Positions 37,394-46,838 of a DNA stretch of 64,000 nt are shown in pieces. Every line of letters begins with the position of its first letter. The first letter of the stretch is position 1. Position numbers and translations under genes: made by a program. Location: positions 55,079-119,078 of the forward strand of contig JAJPCT020000018.1 of assembly GCA_021323375.2 (NCBI GenBank), in the 5' to 3' direction. This DNA is from Candidatus Wolframiiraptor gerlachensis (GTDB lineage Archaea; Thermoproteota; Nitrososphaeria_A; Caldarchaeales; Wolframiiraptoraceae). The notes under the pieces are model-generated. The model did no database searches. It was given only the letters and a program-made list of their open reading frames with translations, and was not told the DNA's origin.

Positions 37394-38104
37394 ATGCCGA
37401 AAAGCAGGCCGCCGCTGGCCATAGAGGTCCTAGATCTTCTGAATCTAGCACGGCTTACGATGGGTATGACAGAGATCCAGCCGCTTTTCTGGCTCTTCGA
37501 GCATGGAGATAGGCTGATCCTCGGAAGCCTCCTCTCAATACCATATTGGCGTGGAGGCTTGCCAATATTCGCATATACACGGGTCTCGGAGGAGGTGCGG
37601 AGCGCGTGCTACTTGGCATATACTAGCATAGAGCGTGAGGAGGTGTTTTTCACGCGAAGCACCGATAGCAGCCGATACGCCTATGGCCCCATAATAGATG
37701 TGGAGAATCCACCCAAGCCCTTTATCGAGGCCCTCTCCACGAGGCAGCCCCTAAAGCCCAAGCCCATACCGACTAGAGCAAGGAGTCTCTCATCGCTTTT
37801 AAGGGCTCTTACGACGCTGAGCGATGAGGTTGCCTCACCCCCGATATGGCATTATGAGGCTGGGGCGAGGAGGCATATACTCGGCCTACTGACTCTCCTC
37901 TACGATTATTATGACGCCGACGCCCTCCCAATATTCCTATATGTCGAGGTTGAGGAGAGGCCGGGCCCATTCATAAGATACCTAGCACTGGATGGCGAGG
38001 AGATAATAGAATACTCCTCGAGCATGTCCACGCCAAAATACCTGTATGGTAGGGTGGTGACGGTTAAGCAGATGCCCTTCCTAAAATCCTCGGCCAACCG
38101 ATAG
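37394..38104 (+). CDS. Hypothetical protein built from two tandem copies of a roughly 100-aa domain
   Basis: Start moved to the ATG at 37394, which is preceded by GGAGG; the ORF-track start at 37304 overlaps the aIF-2 beta 3' end. The two halves align (LPIFAYTRVSEE/LPIFLYVEVEE, SSRYAYGPIIDV/TPKYLYGRVVTV). No family recognised. Confidence 0.6.
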   Translation: MPKSRPPLAIEVLDLLNLARLTMGMTEIQPLFWLFEHGDRLILGSLLSIPYWRGGLPIFAYTRVSEEVRSACYLAYTSIEREEVFFTRSTDSSRYAYGPIIDVENPPKPFIEALSTRQPLKPKPIPTRARSLSSLLRALTTLSDEVASPPIWHYEAGARRHILGLLTLLYDYYDADALPIFLYVEVEERPGPFIRYLALDGEEIIEYSSSMSTPKYLYGRVVTVKQMPFLKSSANR

Positions 38105-38109
38105 TCTAT

Positions 38110-38253
38110 CTATTGTTTCCAGAGCTCTTTTTTCAATAAATCTCTGACGGCGGTGCGCATTACAGCGCTTCTACTAGGATAGGCCCCCCTCCTCACGAGC
38201 TCGTCCATCCCCTCAATTAATGCCTCAGGCATCTTAACCGAGATGAGCTTCAT
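38110..38253 (-). CDS. Ribbon-helix-helix (CopG/RHH_1) DNA-binding protein, 47 aa
   Basis: Hand translation: MKLISVKMPEALIEGMDELVRRGAYPSRSAVMRTAVRDLLKKELWKQ. This is the classic RHH pattern (beta strand, then LIEGMDELV, then SRSAVMRTAVRDLL). It is below the ORF-track size cutoff. Confidence 0.7.
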   Translation of the reverse strand: MKLISVKMPEALIEGMDELVRRGAYPSRSAVMRTAVRDLLKKELWKQ

Positions 38254-38468
38254 ATGCGGATCACCTCGCGTCCCCTAGTATTATCCCGGTCTCTCATAAA
38301 ACTTTCCAGGGAGCATACGCTCACAGCCCTCAGCATACGGTAATACGTGATCGCCGCATCATCAAAAGCTATCAGAAAACGAGAATTTCCTAGAGAATTC
38401 CTAATCGCTTGAAACAGCCACGATATTAGCCCTTCGCTCTCGGCTCTTAAATCTCGCGCTATCTTAGG

Positions 38469-38478
38469 TTTATAAATA
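38469..38478 (+). promoter_or_regulatory. Putative TATA box of the thermosome gene
   Basis: TTTATAAATA lies about 56 nt upstream of the ATG at 38534. A Shine-Dalgarno-like GGAGGTGA sits at 38517..38524. Confidence 0.5.
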
Positions 38479-38533
38479 ACCCCTGCCCACATCATCCCCG
38501 GAGATATAGATTGTGTGGAGGTGAAGAGTGAAT

Positions 38534-40177
38534 ATGGCGGCGGAAATTCCCGTAATAATTCTCCGTGAAGGGACTAAGAGGGCAAGCGGGAGAGAGGCTC
38601 AGCTTAACAATATAATGGTTGCGAAGGTGATTGCTGAGGCGATGCGCTCCTCCCTGGGGCCAAGGGGCATGGATAAGATGCTTGTTGACAGCTTCGGCGA
38701 TGTGACGATAACGAGCGACGGCGCCACGATACTGAAGGAGATGGAGGTTGAGCACCCGGTCGCGAAGATGCTTGTTGAGGTGGCCAAGGCGCAGGACGCT
38801 GAGGTTGGAGATGGAACAACAACCGTTGTAGTCCTTGCAGGAGAGCTGCTGGCAAAGGCCGAGGAGCTCCTCGAGAAGGAGGTCCACCCATCAATAATAA
38901 TAGATGGGTACAAGAAGGCGGCTGTAAAGGCTCTCGAGGTTTATGATCAGATAGCTATCCCGGTCTCGATAGAGGATAGAGAGACTCTTAAGAAGATTGC
39001 GAAGACGGCGATGTCGGCTAAGGTCGTCTCGGAAGACGCGGACTACCTAGCTGGGATAGTTGTTGACGCGGTTCTAAGGGTTGCTGAGCAGGTTAATGGG
39101 AAATGGACCGTCGACTTGGATAACATAAAGCTGGAGAAGAAGGAGGGCCAGTCGATAAGGGATACATCAATAATTGATGGGATAGTGTTGGATAAGGAGG
39201 TCGTCCACCCAGGAATGCCTAAGATAGTGCATGATGCGAGGATAGCTGTGCTCGACTGCCCGCTTGAGATAGAGAAGACTGAGTTCGATGCCAAGCTCCA
39301 TATAGAGACGCCGGAGCAAATGAAGGCCTTCATGGAGCAGGAGGAGCAGATGCTCAAGGAGATGGTGGATAAGATTGCCGCGGCGGGCGCGAACGTGGTT
39401 ATATGCCAGAAGGGCATAGATGATGTGGCACAGCACTTCCTGGCTAGAAGGGGAATATTGGCCGTGAGGAGGGTGAAGAGATCTGATATCGAGAAGGTCG
39501 CTAAAGCCACCGGGGCGAGGATAATCACAAGAATAGAGGAGATCTCGGAGAAGGATCTCGGAAGGGCGAAGCTCGTTGAGGAGAGGAGGGTTGGCGAGGA
39601 CAAGATGGTCTTCATAGAGGGATGCGAGAACCCGAAGGCGATAACTATCCTAATCAGAGGTGGGACGAAGAGGCTCGTGGATGAGGCTGAGAGGTCGATA
39701 AAGGATGCGCTGAATGTGGTGAAGGACGTGATCGTCGAGCCCAAGATAGTGGCTGGTGGAGGAGCGCCGGAGATAGAGGTTTCTCTAGCGCTGAGGGACC
39801 ATGCGAAGACATTGCCCGGCAAGGAGCAACTGGCTGTTGAGAAGTTCGCTGAGGCCGTGGAGATAGTTCCGGCGCAGCTAGCGGAGAACGCAGGCCTGGA
39901 TCCGATCGAGGCGCTCGTGAACCTGAGGGCGAAGCATAAGGAGGGCCAGAGATGGGCTGGGATAAACGTCTTCGAGGGCAAGATCGATGACATGTATAAG
40001 CTCAATGTCTTGGAGCCGGTGCTGGTCAAGAAGCAGGCGATAAAGTCCGCGGTAGAGGCTGCCGCAATGATACTCAGGATTGATGACATAATAGCGGCAT
40101 CGAGGCTGGAGGAGAAGAAGGGCGGCAAGGGTAAAGAGGAGAAGGAAGAGGAAGAGACGTCGACATCCACGGACTGA
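38534..40177 (+). CDS. ths: Thermosome subunit (group II chaperonin)
   Basis: Contains [18 protein letters not shown] and [16 protein letters not shown], with a charged C-terminal tail. I prefer the ATG at 38534 over the GTG at 38528. Confidence 0.95.
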   Translation: MAAEIPVIILREGTKRASGREAQLNNIMVAKVIAEAMRSSLGPRGMDKMLVDSFGDVTITSDGATILKEMEVEHPVAKMLVEVAKAQDAEVGDGTTTVVVLAGELLAKAEELLEKEVHPSIIIDGYKKAAVKALEVYDQIAIPVSIEDRETLKKIAKTAMSAKVVSEDADYLAGIVVDAVLRVAEQVNGKWTVDLDNIKLEKKEGQSIRDTSIIDGIVLDKEVVHPGMPKIVHDARIAVLDCPLEIEKTEFDAKLHIETPEQMKAFMEQEEQMLKEMVDKIAAAGANVVICQKGIDDVAQHFLARRGILAVRRVKRSDIEKVAKATGARIITRIEEISEKDLGRAKLVEERRVGEDKMVFIEGCENPKAITILIRGGTKRLVDEAERSIKDALNVVKDVIVEPKIVAGGGAPEIEVSLALRDHAKTLPGKEQLAVEKFAEAVEIVPAQLAENAGLDPIEALVNLRAKHKEGQRWAGINVFEGKIDDMYKLNVLEPVLVKKQAIKSAVEAAAMILRIDDIIAASRLEEKKGGKGKEEKEEEETSTSTD

Positions 40178-40187
40178 GGATAAGAAA

Positions 40188-40445
40188 ATGAGCGAGGACC
40201 CCTATAGAACACGTCCCCTCACTAGATATGAGAAGGCTAGGATAATTGCTGGAAGAGCCCTGCAGCTGGCGCTCGGGGCATTCCCGCTCGTTCCAGTAAA
40301 GCCCGACGACACGCCGATAGAGATAGCCAAGAGGGAGTTTGAAGCAGGAGTCCTTCCGATCATAATCAGGAGGAGAAGGCCTGACGGAAGCTATGTCGAC
40401 ATACCGCTGAAGGATTTGCTGAAGCCCATCGAGGAGGTCGCATGA
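40188..40445 (+). CDS. rpoK: DNA-directed RNA polymerase subunit K (Rpo6/Rpb6 homolog)
   Basis: 85 aa. LTRYEKARIIAGRALQLALGA and the IAKREFEAGVLPIIIRRRRPDG core. Confidence 0.9.
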   Translation: MSEDPYRTRPLTRYEKARIIAGRALQLALGAFPLVPVKPDDTPIEIAKREFEAGVLPIIIRRRRPDGSYVDIPLKDLLKPIEEVA

Positions 40446-40456
40446 GAAACTTCTCA

Positions 40457-40468
40457 TTTTTCTTTTTT
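40457..40468 (+). terminator. Oligo-T tract, putative archaeal intrinsic terminator after ths-rpoK
   Basis: TTTTTCTTTTTT lies 12 nt downstream of the rpoK stop. A further T5 tract is at 40485..40489. Confidence 0.5.
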
Positions 40469-40574
40469 CAAGCCTTTGTGAGAATTTTTCTTCCTCGGGT
40501 GTTACCCGGGTATCTATACGGGGATCCTTTCATACGCATAGTTTAATTCCCGGAGGTGCGTGGTTAGGCCATAG

Positions 40575-41657
40575 ATGTATCGTGCGGGGTTAAGGGAGCT
40601 CAAGCTCATCTACTCCTCGAAGCCTAGATGGTATTTCAGGCAGGCTGAGAGGGTTCTGACAGCGATACTCGAATCGTATCTCTCGATCTTCGAGCCTAGA
40701 AAGTTTCTGAGGGCTCTCGCCTCACCGACATTTTTCGATGGGCTAGTCGCCTCCGCCTCCTTAGATGAGCTGGGAGGCGGGGCCACAACCATAGTCGCGG
40801 CGACTCTTAAGAACTTCGTAAGGCCGGACTCGGGCCTCGCTGTTGTTGGAGGAAAGAAGCCTCATGGCTATAGGGTTCCGGAGGAGCTGGATGAGCTCGC
40901 GAGCATCTTCGGGTTCGATGAGAGGATGTTGGAGAAACTGAAGTATGCAAGCAGGATGGTTGCAAAGGTTGATAACGCGGCGATACAGGATGGCTTCCAG
41001 CTCTATCTGCATATAATGATCGTGAGCTGGGATGGGGAGTGGGTGATAATCCAGCAGGGGCTGAAGCCCATGACAAACCTCGTCAGGAGATATCATTGGA
41101 TCTCGATGGGGCTGAGGAGCTTCGTCGAGGAGCCTCATAGCGGGATAGTCTCGGCGGCGAGGGAGGAGGTCGTGCTCGATATGACGAGCCGGGATAGCCG
41201 CGAGTCTAGGAAGGCGTGCGTCGAGGCCGTGAATCATGACATAGACGCGCTCAAGAGATTCAGCAGGGGGATCTCGAGAGGCCAGTCAACGCTCATGGAG
41301 TTTGATGCCATTGAGCCGAGAAAGTTCCCGTTAAGCATACCGAAGGTAAGCTGCTCATCCCTCCTAGCGATTCATGAGACTTCTCCGAGGGATTATGAGG
41401 AGCTCTTGGCAATCCGGGGCGTCGGCCCGAGCATGGTGAGGTTTTTAGCGGCGGCCGCCGCGGCCCTCTATGATGCTCCACCAAGCTTCAGGGATCCCGC
41501 GATGTTGTTCAGCGAGCTTCCTGTGAGGATGGGCGCCGACAAGCCGCTATATGAGCTCGTTGAGGCGATAAAGGCATCTAGGCTGAGCTTCGCCGAGAAG
41601 AGCAAGTCTCTTAGTAGGTTGACATCAGTCTTCAGGTCGCTTGAGGAGGCTTCGTGA
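40575..41657 (+). CDS. DUF763-family protein
   Basis: 360 aa. SRMVAKVDNAAIQDGFQLYLH...WVIIQQGL...VRRYHW and a C-terminal HhH-like LLAIRGVGPSMVRFLAAAAAALYDAPPSFRDP match my recollection of DUF763. The N-terminal motifs look diverged. Confidence 0.55.
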   Translation: MYRAGLRELKLIYSSKPRWYFRQAERVLTAILESYLSIFEPRKFLRALASPTFFDGLVASASLDELGGGATTIVAATLKNFVRPDSGLAVVGGKKPHGYRVPEELDELASIFGFDERMLEKLKYASRMVAKVDNAAIQDGFQLYLHIMIVSWDGEWVIIQQGLKPMTNLVRRYHWISMGLRSFVEEPHSGIVSAAREEVVLDMTSRDSRESRKACVEAVNHDIDALKRFSRGISRGQSTLMEFDAIEPRKFPLSIPKVSCSSLLAIHETSPRDYEELLAIRGVGPSMVRFLAAAAAALYDAPPSFRDPAMLFSELPVRMGADKPLYELVEAIKASRLSFAEKSKSLSRLTSVFRSLEEAS

Positions 41658-41659
41658 TT

Positions 41660-42739
41660 TTAGCGCTCCCTCTTCCCAGCTATAAACTCCTCAACCATTT
41701 GTCTCGCGACATCGTCCGGGTACTGGATTGGCGGACTTTTCATGAAGTAGGCTGATGGGCTGATTAGGACCCCGGCGATACCCCGATCCTTCCCAATCTT
41801 CGCGCAGCGGATAGCATCTATAACCACGCCGGCGGAGTTCGGGCTATCCCAAACCTCGAGCTTCGCCTCGATGTTTAGCGGGCAGCCTCCGAAAGCCGTG
41901 CCCTCGATCCTGATATAACACCACTTCCTATCCTTCAGCCATGGCACATAATCGCTTGGCCCTATGTGGATATTCTCCTCGCCTATATCATATGGTATCA
42001 AGCTCGTGACAGCAGTTGTCTTGGAGATCTTCTTAGAGGTCAGCCTCTCCCTCTCAAGCATGTTCAGGAAGTCCGTGTTGCCGCCGAAGTTGAGTTGATA
42101 AGTCCTCTCGATCTTGACCCCCCTATCGACTAGGAGCTTTATGAGGACTCTATGGAGTATTGTGGCGCCGACCTGGCTCTTCACATCATCCCCTATAAGC
42201 GGGACCCCACGCCTCTCAAATATCTCCTGCCACCTAGGCTCTCTTGCTATGAAGACGGGGATGCCATTGACGAAAGCGGCGCCGGCGTCGAGAACCTGCT
42301 CGACATACCACTTCGTGGCCGACTCGCTTCCAACTGGGAGGAAGTTCACAACGACATCAGCGCCGGTGCTCTTCAACACATCAGCGACGTCAACTGTTGG
42401 TGATGGATGCTTCTCTATCACACCTTGGAGATATTTTCCAAGGCTATCATGCGTCATCCCCCTCATGACCTCGACGCCGAGCTTCGGGACATCAGCGAAC
42501 TTCATGGTGCAGTTTGGGGGAGCGAAGATCGCCTCCGATAGATCCTTCCCAACCTTATTCTTATCAATATCGAATGCAGCAACGAACTCGATATCGCCGA
42601 CATGATATGGGCCCAGCCTCACATGCATCAATCCCGGGACGAACTCATTCTCATCCGCATCCCTGTAATAATAAACGCCTTGAACAAGAGCTGAGGCGCA
42701 GTTACCCACACCTATAATCGCAACCCTAACCTTCGGCAT
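41660..42739 (-). CDS. ino1: myo-Inositol-1-phosphate synthase (archaeal type)
   Basis: Contains [20 protein letters not shown] and a full-length MIPS-like sequence. I prefer the ATG at 42739 over the TTG at 42745. Confidence 0.88.
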   Translation of the reverse strand: MPKVRVAIIGVGNCASALVQGVYYYRDADENEFVPGLMHVRLGPYHVGDIEFVAAFDIDKNKVGKDLSEAIFAPPNCTMKFADVPKLGVEVMRGMTHDSLGKYLQGVIEKHPSPTVDVADVLKSTGADVVVNFLPVGSESATKWYVEQVLDAGAAFVNGIPVFIAREPRWQEIFERRGVPLIGDDVKSQVGATILHRVLIKLLVDRGVKIERTYQLNFGGNTDFLNMLERERLTSKKISKTTAVTSLIPYDIGEENIHIGPSDYVPWLKDRKWCYIRIEGTAFGGCPLNIEAKLEVWDSPNSAGVVIDAIRCAKIGKDRGIAGVLISPSAYFMKSPPIQYPDDVARQMVEEFIAGKRER

Positions 42740-42769
42740 ACACAAATATTATTCTCGGGGCATATATAG

Positions 42770-42791
42770 CTATTTCATGAGCATGAAATAG
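42770..42791. promoter_or_regulatory. Perfect 10+2+10 palindrome next to the ino1 TATA box; candidate operator
   Basis: CTATTTCATG-AG-CATGAAATAG lies between the PadR stop (42792) and the TATA-like CTATATATG (42761..42769, minus strand). That TATA is about 25 nt upstream of the ino1 ATG. Confidence 0.45.
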
Positions 42792-43133
42792 TCAGAGCCT
42801 CTCCGCCAGCTCCTTCAGAAAATCTCTAGCCATCTTGAGGGCTTTCTCGCCCTCCCGCGTCAAGATGTAGTATTTTCTCTGGGGGCCCTCGCTATCAGCT
42901 CCGGTGCTGGCAGATGTTATCAAGCCCTCGGATTGCAGCTTATGGAGGACGATATAACAGGTCACCCTGCCCGGCTTAAAGCCAAACCTCTCCTCAATTC
43001 TCTTCGCAACCTCATAGCCGTAGAGCGGCCCCTCCTTCAGCAAGCTCAAAACATAGAGCCAGAGATTCTCGACTGTCAGCTTACGCACGAGCCTCCTATA
43101 AGCCGCGGTCTCCTGCAACCCTTCCTCAAACAA
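42792..43133 (-). CDS. PadR-family transcriptional regulator
   Basis: 113 aa. wHTH block LYGYEVAKRIEERFGFKPGRVTCYIVLHKLQSEGLI. Confidence 0.85.
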   Translation of the reverse strand: MFEEGLQETAAYRRLVRKLTVENLWLYVLSLLKEGPLYGYEVAKRIEERFGFKPGRVTCYIVLHKLQSEGLITSASTGADSEGPQRKYYILTREGEKALKMARDFLKELAERL

Positions 43134-43216
43134 GCTCCCATATAGGTGGATAAAAAGCCTGCCCGCGTGGAGCTTAACTCTTTAAGATGCCTTAATCAGC
43201 CGGCGAATGGGATGCG

Positions 43217-44008
43217 ATGAGGTATCGTGGGATGATAATGGACTTGGATGGCTGCGTCTACCGCGACTATGTGCCAACTGAGGGCGCTGTGGAGGCGTTG
43301 AATAGGCTTAGAAGACTCGGGGTCAGGGTTATCTACGTCACAAATAACCCGGAGACGACATCCGAAGAGCTGGCTGAGAGGCTTCATGGCCTTGGCGTAG
43401 AATGCTCGCCCGAGGACTTCATAACAGTCGGCGAGGCAGCTGCATCCTACATTTACTCTAGATCGGGGACGAGCAGGGTCCTAGTTATTGCAGGGGATGG
43501 CGTTAAGAAGTATTGCATGCGCATGGGCCACAGGGTCCTCGACATGGATGAGTGGGATAAGGCCGAGTATGTTGTCGTCGGCTTTGATCGCGAGATAAAT
43601 TACCAGAAGCTCGTGGCAGGGTTAAGAGCAATATTGAATGGCGCGATCTTCATAGGTACGAATCCCGATGCCGTTCACCCTGGGAAGAATGGCTTAGAGC
43701 CCGGATCCGGAGCCTTCGTCATCATGTTCGAATATATGACGGGCGTCAAGCCAATAATAGTTGGAAAGCCGTCCAAGATAATAATGGAGCAGGCTTTGAA
43801 GAAGTTGGGAATGAGTCCTGAGGAGGTTCTCGTGGTGGGTGATAGGGTTGACACGGATGTTAGGGCTGGGAAACTCGTCGGGGCTGACACAGCCCTTATC
43901 CTAACAGGGATAACAAGGGAGAAGGATCTACCAAATATACCGCCTGAGCTCAGGCCCACCTATGTATTCAGGAACTTGCGGGAGCTCGTGGAGAGCCTCT
44001 ATACTTGA
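43217..44008 (+). CDS. HAD-superfamily hydrolase, subfamily IIA (NagD-like sugar phosphatase)
   Basis: 263 aa. Motif I is DLDGCVY; also TNNP, GKP and a C-terminal VGDRVDTDV motif. Confidence 0.8.
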   Translation: MRYRGMIMDLDGCVYRDYVPTEGAVEALNRLRRLGVRVIYVTNNPETTSEELAERLHGLGVECSPEDFITVGEAAASYIYSRSGTSRVLVIAGDGVKKYCMRMGHRVLDMDEWDKAEYVVVGFDREINYQKLVAGLRAILNGAIFIGTNPDAVHPGKNGLEPGSGAFVIMFEYMTGVKPIIVGKPSKIIMEQALKKLGMSPEEVLVVGDRVDTDVRAGKLVGADTALILTGITREKDLPNIPPELRPTYVFRNLRELVESLYT

Positions 44009-44484
44009 GCTTGCCTAGCCTGCCTGCTTAATACTGGGAGCTTGTAATCCTCCTTCACGGTTCTTAAGACAATCTTCGTCTCAGTGGATGCCACGCCATC
44101 AAGTTTCCCTATCTCATCTAGGATCCTGGCCAGCTCCTCATTACTCCTAGCCCTAACCTTGATGAGGCAGTAATGCTCGCCCGTGACATCATGCACCTCT
44201 AGGATCTCAGGCATTATAGAGAGCTTCTCGAGCACCTCCTCATACTTGGGTGGCCTAACGGTGACAGCGATAAAGGCGGTCACGGTGTAGCCGAGCTTCT
44301 CCGCATCCACAATAGCTTGTATCTTCTTGATCACGCCGAGGCTGATCAGCTTCTTGATTCTAGAGTAGACGGCTGCCTCACTCATCCCAACCCTCTTCGC
44401 GATCTCGGAGTATGATGCTCTACCATCCTCCTGCAGGATCTCGATGATCTCCAAGTCCTTCTGATCCAGGACCTCCTTCCTCAT
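43999..44484 (-). CDS. Lrp/AsnC-family transcriptional regulator
   Basis: HTH block LDQKDLEIIEILQEDGRASYSEIAKRVGMSEAAVYSRIKKL plus a RAM domain. The start is set at MRKEVLDQ (44484); the ORF-track start at 44556 overlaps the divergent gene. Confidence 0.85.
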   Translation of the reverse strand: MRKEVLDQKDLEIIEILQEDGRASYSEIAKRVGMSEAAVYSRIKKLISLGVIKKIQAIVDAEKLGYTVTAFIAVTVRPPKYEEVLEKLSIMPEILEVHDVTGEHYCLIKVRARSNEELARILDEIGKLDGVASTETKIVLRTVKEDYKLPVLSRQARQAQV

Positions 44485-44602
44485 CCAACAATATCTCCAC
44501 AGCATACCCGATATATTTTTATTGGCGGTAAGACCGCCTGTGATAGAGGCCCCCATAATAGTTGGAAGAGGCTTAAGCGGGGGTCGAAGGGGCGCGGCTT
44601 AC

Positions 44603-45562
44603 ATGAGCTGTAAAGTTGGGATTGCATGGGGTGAAGAGCTCCTAGACTACAGCTTCCCATTTCCACATCCATTTAGGAGGGAGAGAGCGTTAGCCTTTTA
44701 TCAGGAGCTGAGCAACCTCGCGGAGCATCTGGCAGACTCAATAATAGTGGTAAAGCCCGAGCAAGCATCCCTAGAGGATCTCCTCCTCTTCCACGAGGCA
44801 GGCTACGTGGATTTTGTCAGGAGGAGGTCGGAGGAGGGCCGCGGATACCTGGACTACGGTGATACGCCCGCGTTCAAGGGATGCTATGAGGCATCACTCT
44901 ACGTGGTTGGGGCGACGCTAAAGCTCGTCAAGCTAATACTCGCTGGCGAGATCAATCATGGATTCAATCCGGTCGGCGGGCTTCACCATGCTAGGAAGGG
45001 TTCAGCAGCCGGGTTCTGCATATTCAACGACGCGGCCATAGCGATAGAATACCTTCTGAGGAAGGAGAGACTATCGGAGATCCTATACGTGGACATAGAT
45101 GCTCATCATGGCGACGGTGTCTTTTACAGCTTCTATGGCGATGCCCGCGTCAGGATCCTCGATGTCCACCAGAATGGGAGGACGCTCTATCCTGGGACCG
45201 GGTTCCCACATGAGCGGGGCGCTGGCAACGCCGTGGGGACGAAGCTGAATATAACGCTCCTGCCCGGAGCTGGGGACAAGGAGTTCATGGAGGCGTGGAA
45301 CGAGATGGCTGAGGATTTTCTAGCGGACTCGAGGCCAGAGTTCATAATACTCCAGGCTGGGGCTGATGGCCTCGCAGGAGACCCGCTTACAGGCCTAAAC
45401 TACACTGAGGAGGTTCATGCTTTCGTGGCTTCGAGGCTCCACAAGCTCGCTCATGAGAGATGCGATGGCAAGCTTCTCGCCCTCGGCGGGGGAGGCTATG
45501 ACATCTCCAATGTGGCCAAAGCATGGACTGCAGTGGTAAAGGCCCTCGCTACTCGATCCTAA
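44603..45562 (+). CDS. Histone deacetylase-family protein (AcuC/acetylpolyamine amidohydrolase-like)
   Basis: DIDAHHGDGV and GGLHHA motifs. The start is set at MSCKVGIAWG (44603). Confidence 0.85.
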   Translation: MSCKVGIAWGEELLDYSFPFPHPFRRERALAFYQELSNLAEHLADSIIVVKPEQASLEDLLLFHEAGYVDFVRRRSEEGRGYLDYGDTPAFKGCYEASLYVVGATLKLVKLILAGEINHGFNPVGGLHHARKGSAAGFCIFNDAAIAIEYLLRKERLSEILYVDIDAHHGDGVFYSFYGDARVRILDVHQNGRTLYPGTGFPHERGAGNAVGTKLNITLLPGAGDKEFMEAWNEMAEDFLADSRPEFIILQAGADGLAGDPLTGLNYTEEVHAFVASRLHKLAHERCDGKLLALGGGGYDISNVAKAWTAVVKALATRS

Positions 45563-45965
45563 TCTTATACCCTGTAATCTTCTTCTTCGCAATCACCTCT
45601 AGGACTCCTTCCTTGTATCTTGCCTTTACGGATTGTGGATCTATCTTCGCCGGGAGCCTCACGTGGAGGACGTATCTCCTGCCCTCGCCACCTCTTAGGA
45701 GCGACCTGCATGGAGCTTCTATTCTCAGATAATCCTCCCCAGCGATCAGCCCTATCTCCTCCTTGCTTGCTCCCGGGAGGTCCGCAGTCAGCCTAACCTC
45801 ATCCCCCGACTCGTAAATGTTGTAGAGCGGTGTTATGCAGCCGCTCCTCTCCTCGGCCTCCCTCATGAGTCTGAAGAACTCGTCCTCCATCCTGCTTATC
45901 TCGGCCTCAACCCTCCTAAACTCCTCCAAGATTCTTCTCCAAATATTCCTCCTCCACTCCTCCAT
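45549..45965 (-). CDS. Small heat-shock protein (Hsp20/alpha-crystallin family)
   Basis: 138 aa. Alpha-crystallin domain with LTADLPGASKEEI and KARYKEGVLEVI. Confidence 0.85.
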   Translation of the reverse strand: MEEWRRNIWRRILEEFRRVEAEISRMEDEFFRLMREAEERSGCITPLYNIYESGDEVRLTADLPGASKEEIGLIAGEDYLRIEAPCRSLLRGGEGRRYVLHVRLPAKIDPQSVKARYKEGVLEVIAKKKITGYKIRIE

Positions 45966-45977
45966 CCCCGGATCACC

Positions 45978-46739
45978 TCACAGGTAGACTGGTGGGAGCT
46001 CAAGCTCCTTGGACTTCTGAATCCCACGCATCACCTGATCGGTCCTCATCATTAGATCCCTAAGCCTGAGCCTAAGCTCCTCGGCACTCTCAAGCAGAGG
46101 CTTAACATCTATCTCGATTCCCAGAAGCTTCGAGAGATAGGATACTACCTGGCCAGCGGCTCCCGGATCCGGGTAATTATAATGTGCCTGGGCTAGGATT
46201 ATGGCGGCGTCGAGCCCAGCCCTCACAGCATCCCTCAGGAGCATCCCCTTTATCCCAGCGATGAAGCCATCCTTAAACCTATTAGCCCCATTAAGCTTGA
46301 CAAGCATCTCAGTTATCTCTGGCCTGCTCCCCAGAACATAGATCTCTGGCTTTTCTATGTCAAGTCTATTCGGCTCAGGTATCCCGGAGACCGATATGAG
46401 GAGCTTTCCATCCTTCCGCTTAATCCAGCTCACGAGGCTATGTGAGAGCGGCCTAATCATGTGCGGCGGTATCGGGATATCGGATGTTATCGCGACGATC
46501 CTATCTCTATGATAGATCCTGATAAGCTCCTTTATCTGCTCATTCCTCACGGAGATCAGGGGCGGCAGGAACTCCGCGTCTATATAGCCGACCTCCCTCA
46601 TCTCAAGCCTATCAACTATGTAGGATGCGGCTATGGCCCCGACGAGCCCCACATCCGGGAACCCCTCGATAAATATCAGGTCGCGCCCCTGGATGGGCTC
46701 AACCTCAATTATGCTTATCTCCTCAGCCTCTGACATCAA
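45978..46739 (-). CDS. PAC2-family proteasome assembly chaperone (PbaB-like)
   Basis: 253 aa. N-terminal IFIEGFPDVGLVGAIAASYIV and a C-terminal ...PPVYL tail, which is HbYX-type. Confidence 0.75.
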   Translation of the reverse strand: MMSEAEEISIIEVEPIQGRDLIFIEGFPDVGLVGAIAASYIVDRLEMREVGYIDAEFLPPLISVRNEQIKELIRIYHRDRIVAITSDIPIPPHMIRPLSHSLVSWIKRKDGKLLISVSGIPEPNRLDIEKPEIYVLGSRPEITEMLVKLNGANRFKDGFIAGIKGMLLRDAVRAGLDAAIILAQAHYNYPDPGAAGQVVSYLSKLLGIEIDVKPLLESAEELRLRLRDLMMRTDQVMRGIQKSKELELPPVYL

Positions 46740-46838
46740 TTAACCCTCGGAGGCCCCCTAGATAAACTTGCCCAGAAGGATTAGAGAAAATACTTTTTAG
46801 TAGGACTTCTTCACCGCATCATCGGATGGTGAATTCTC

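Noticed and set aside
39043-40212. 389-aa ORF antisense to the thermosome gene
   Set aside because: It is Ser/Ile-rich and low complexity (SSSFSSL...), fully nested opposite a highly confident gene rich in GAG/GAA/AAG codons, whose complement lacks stops. This is a classic shadow ORF.
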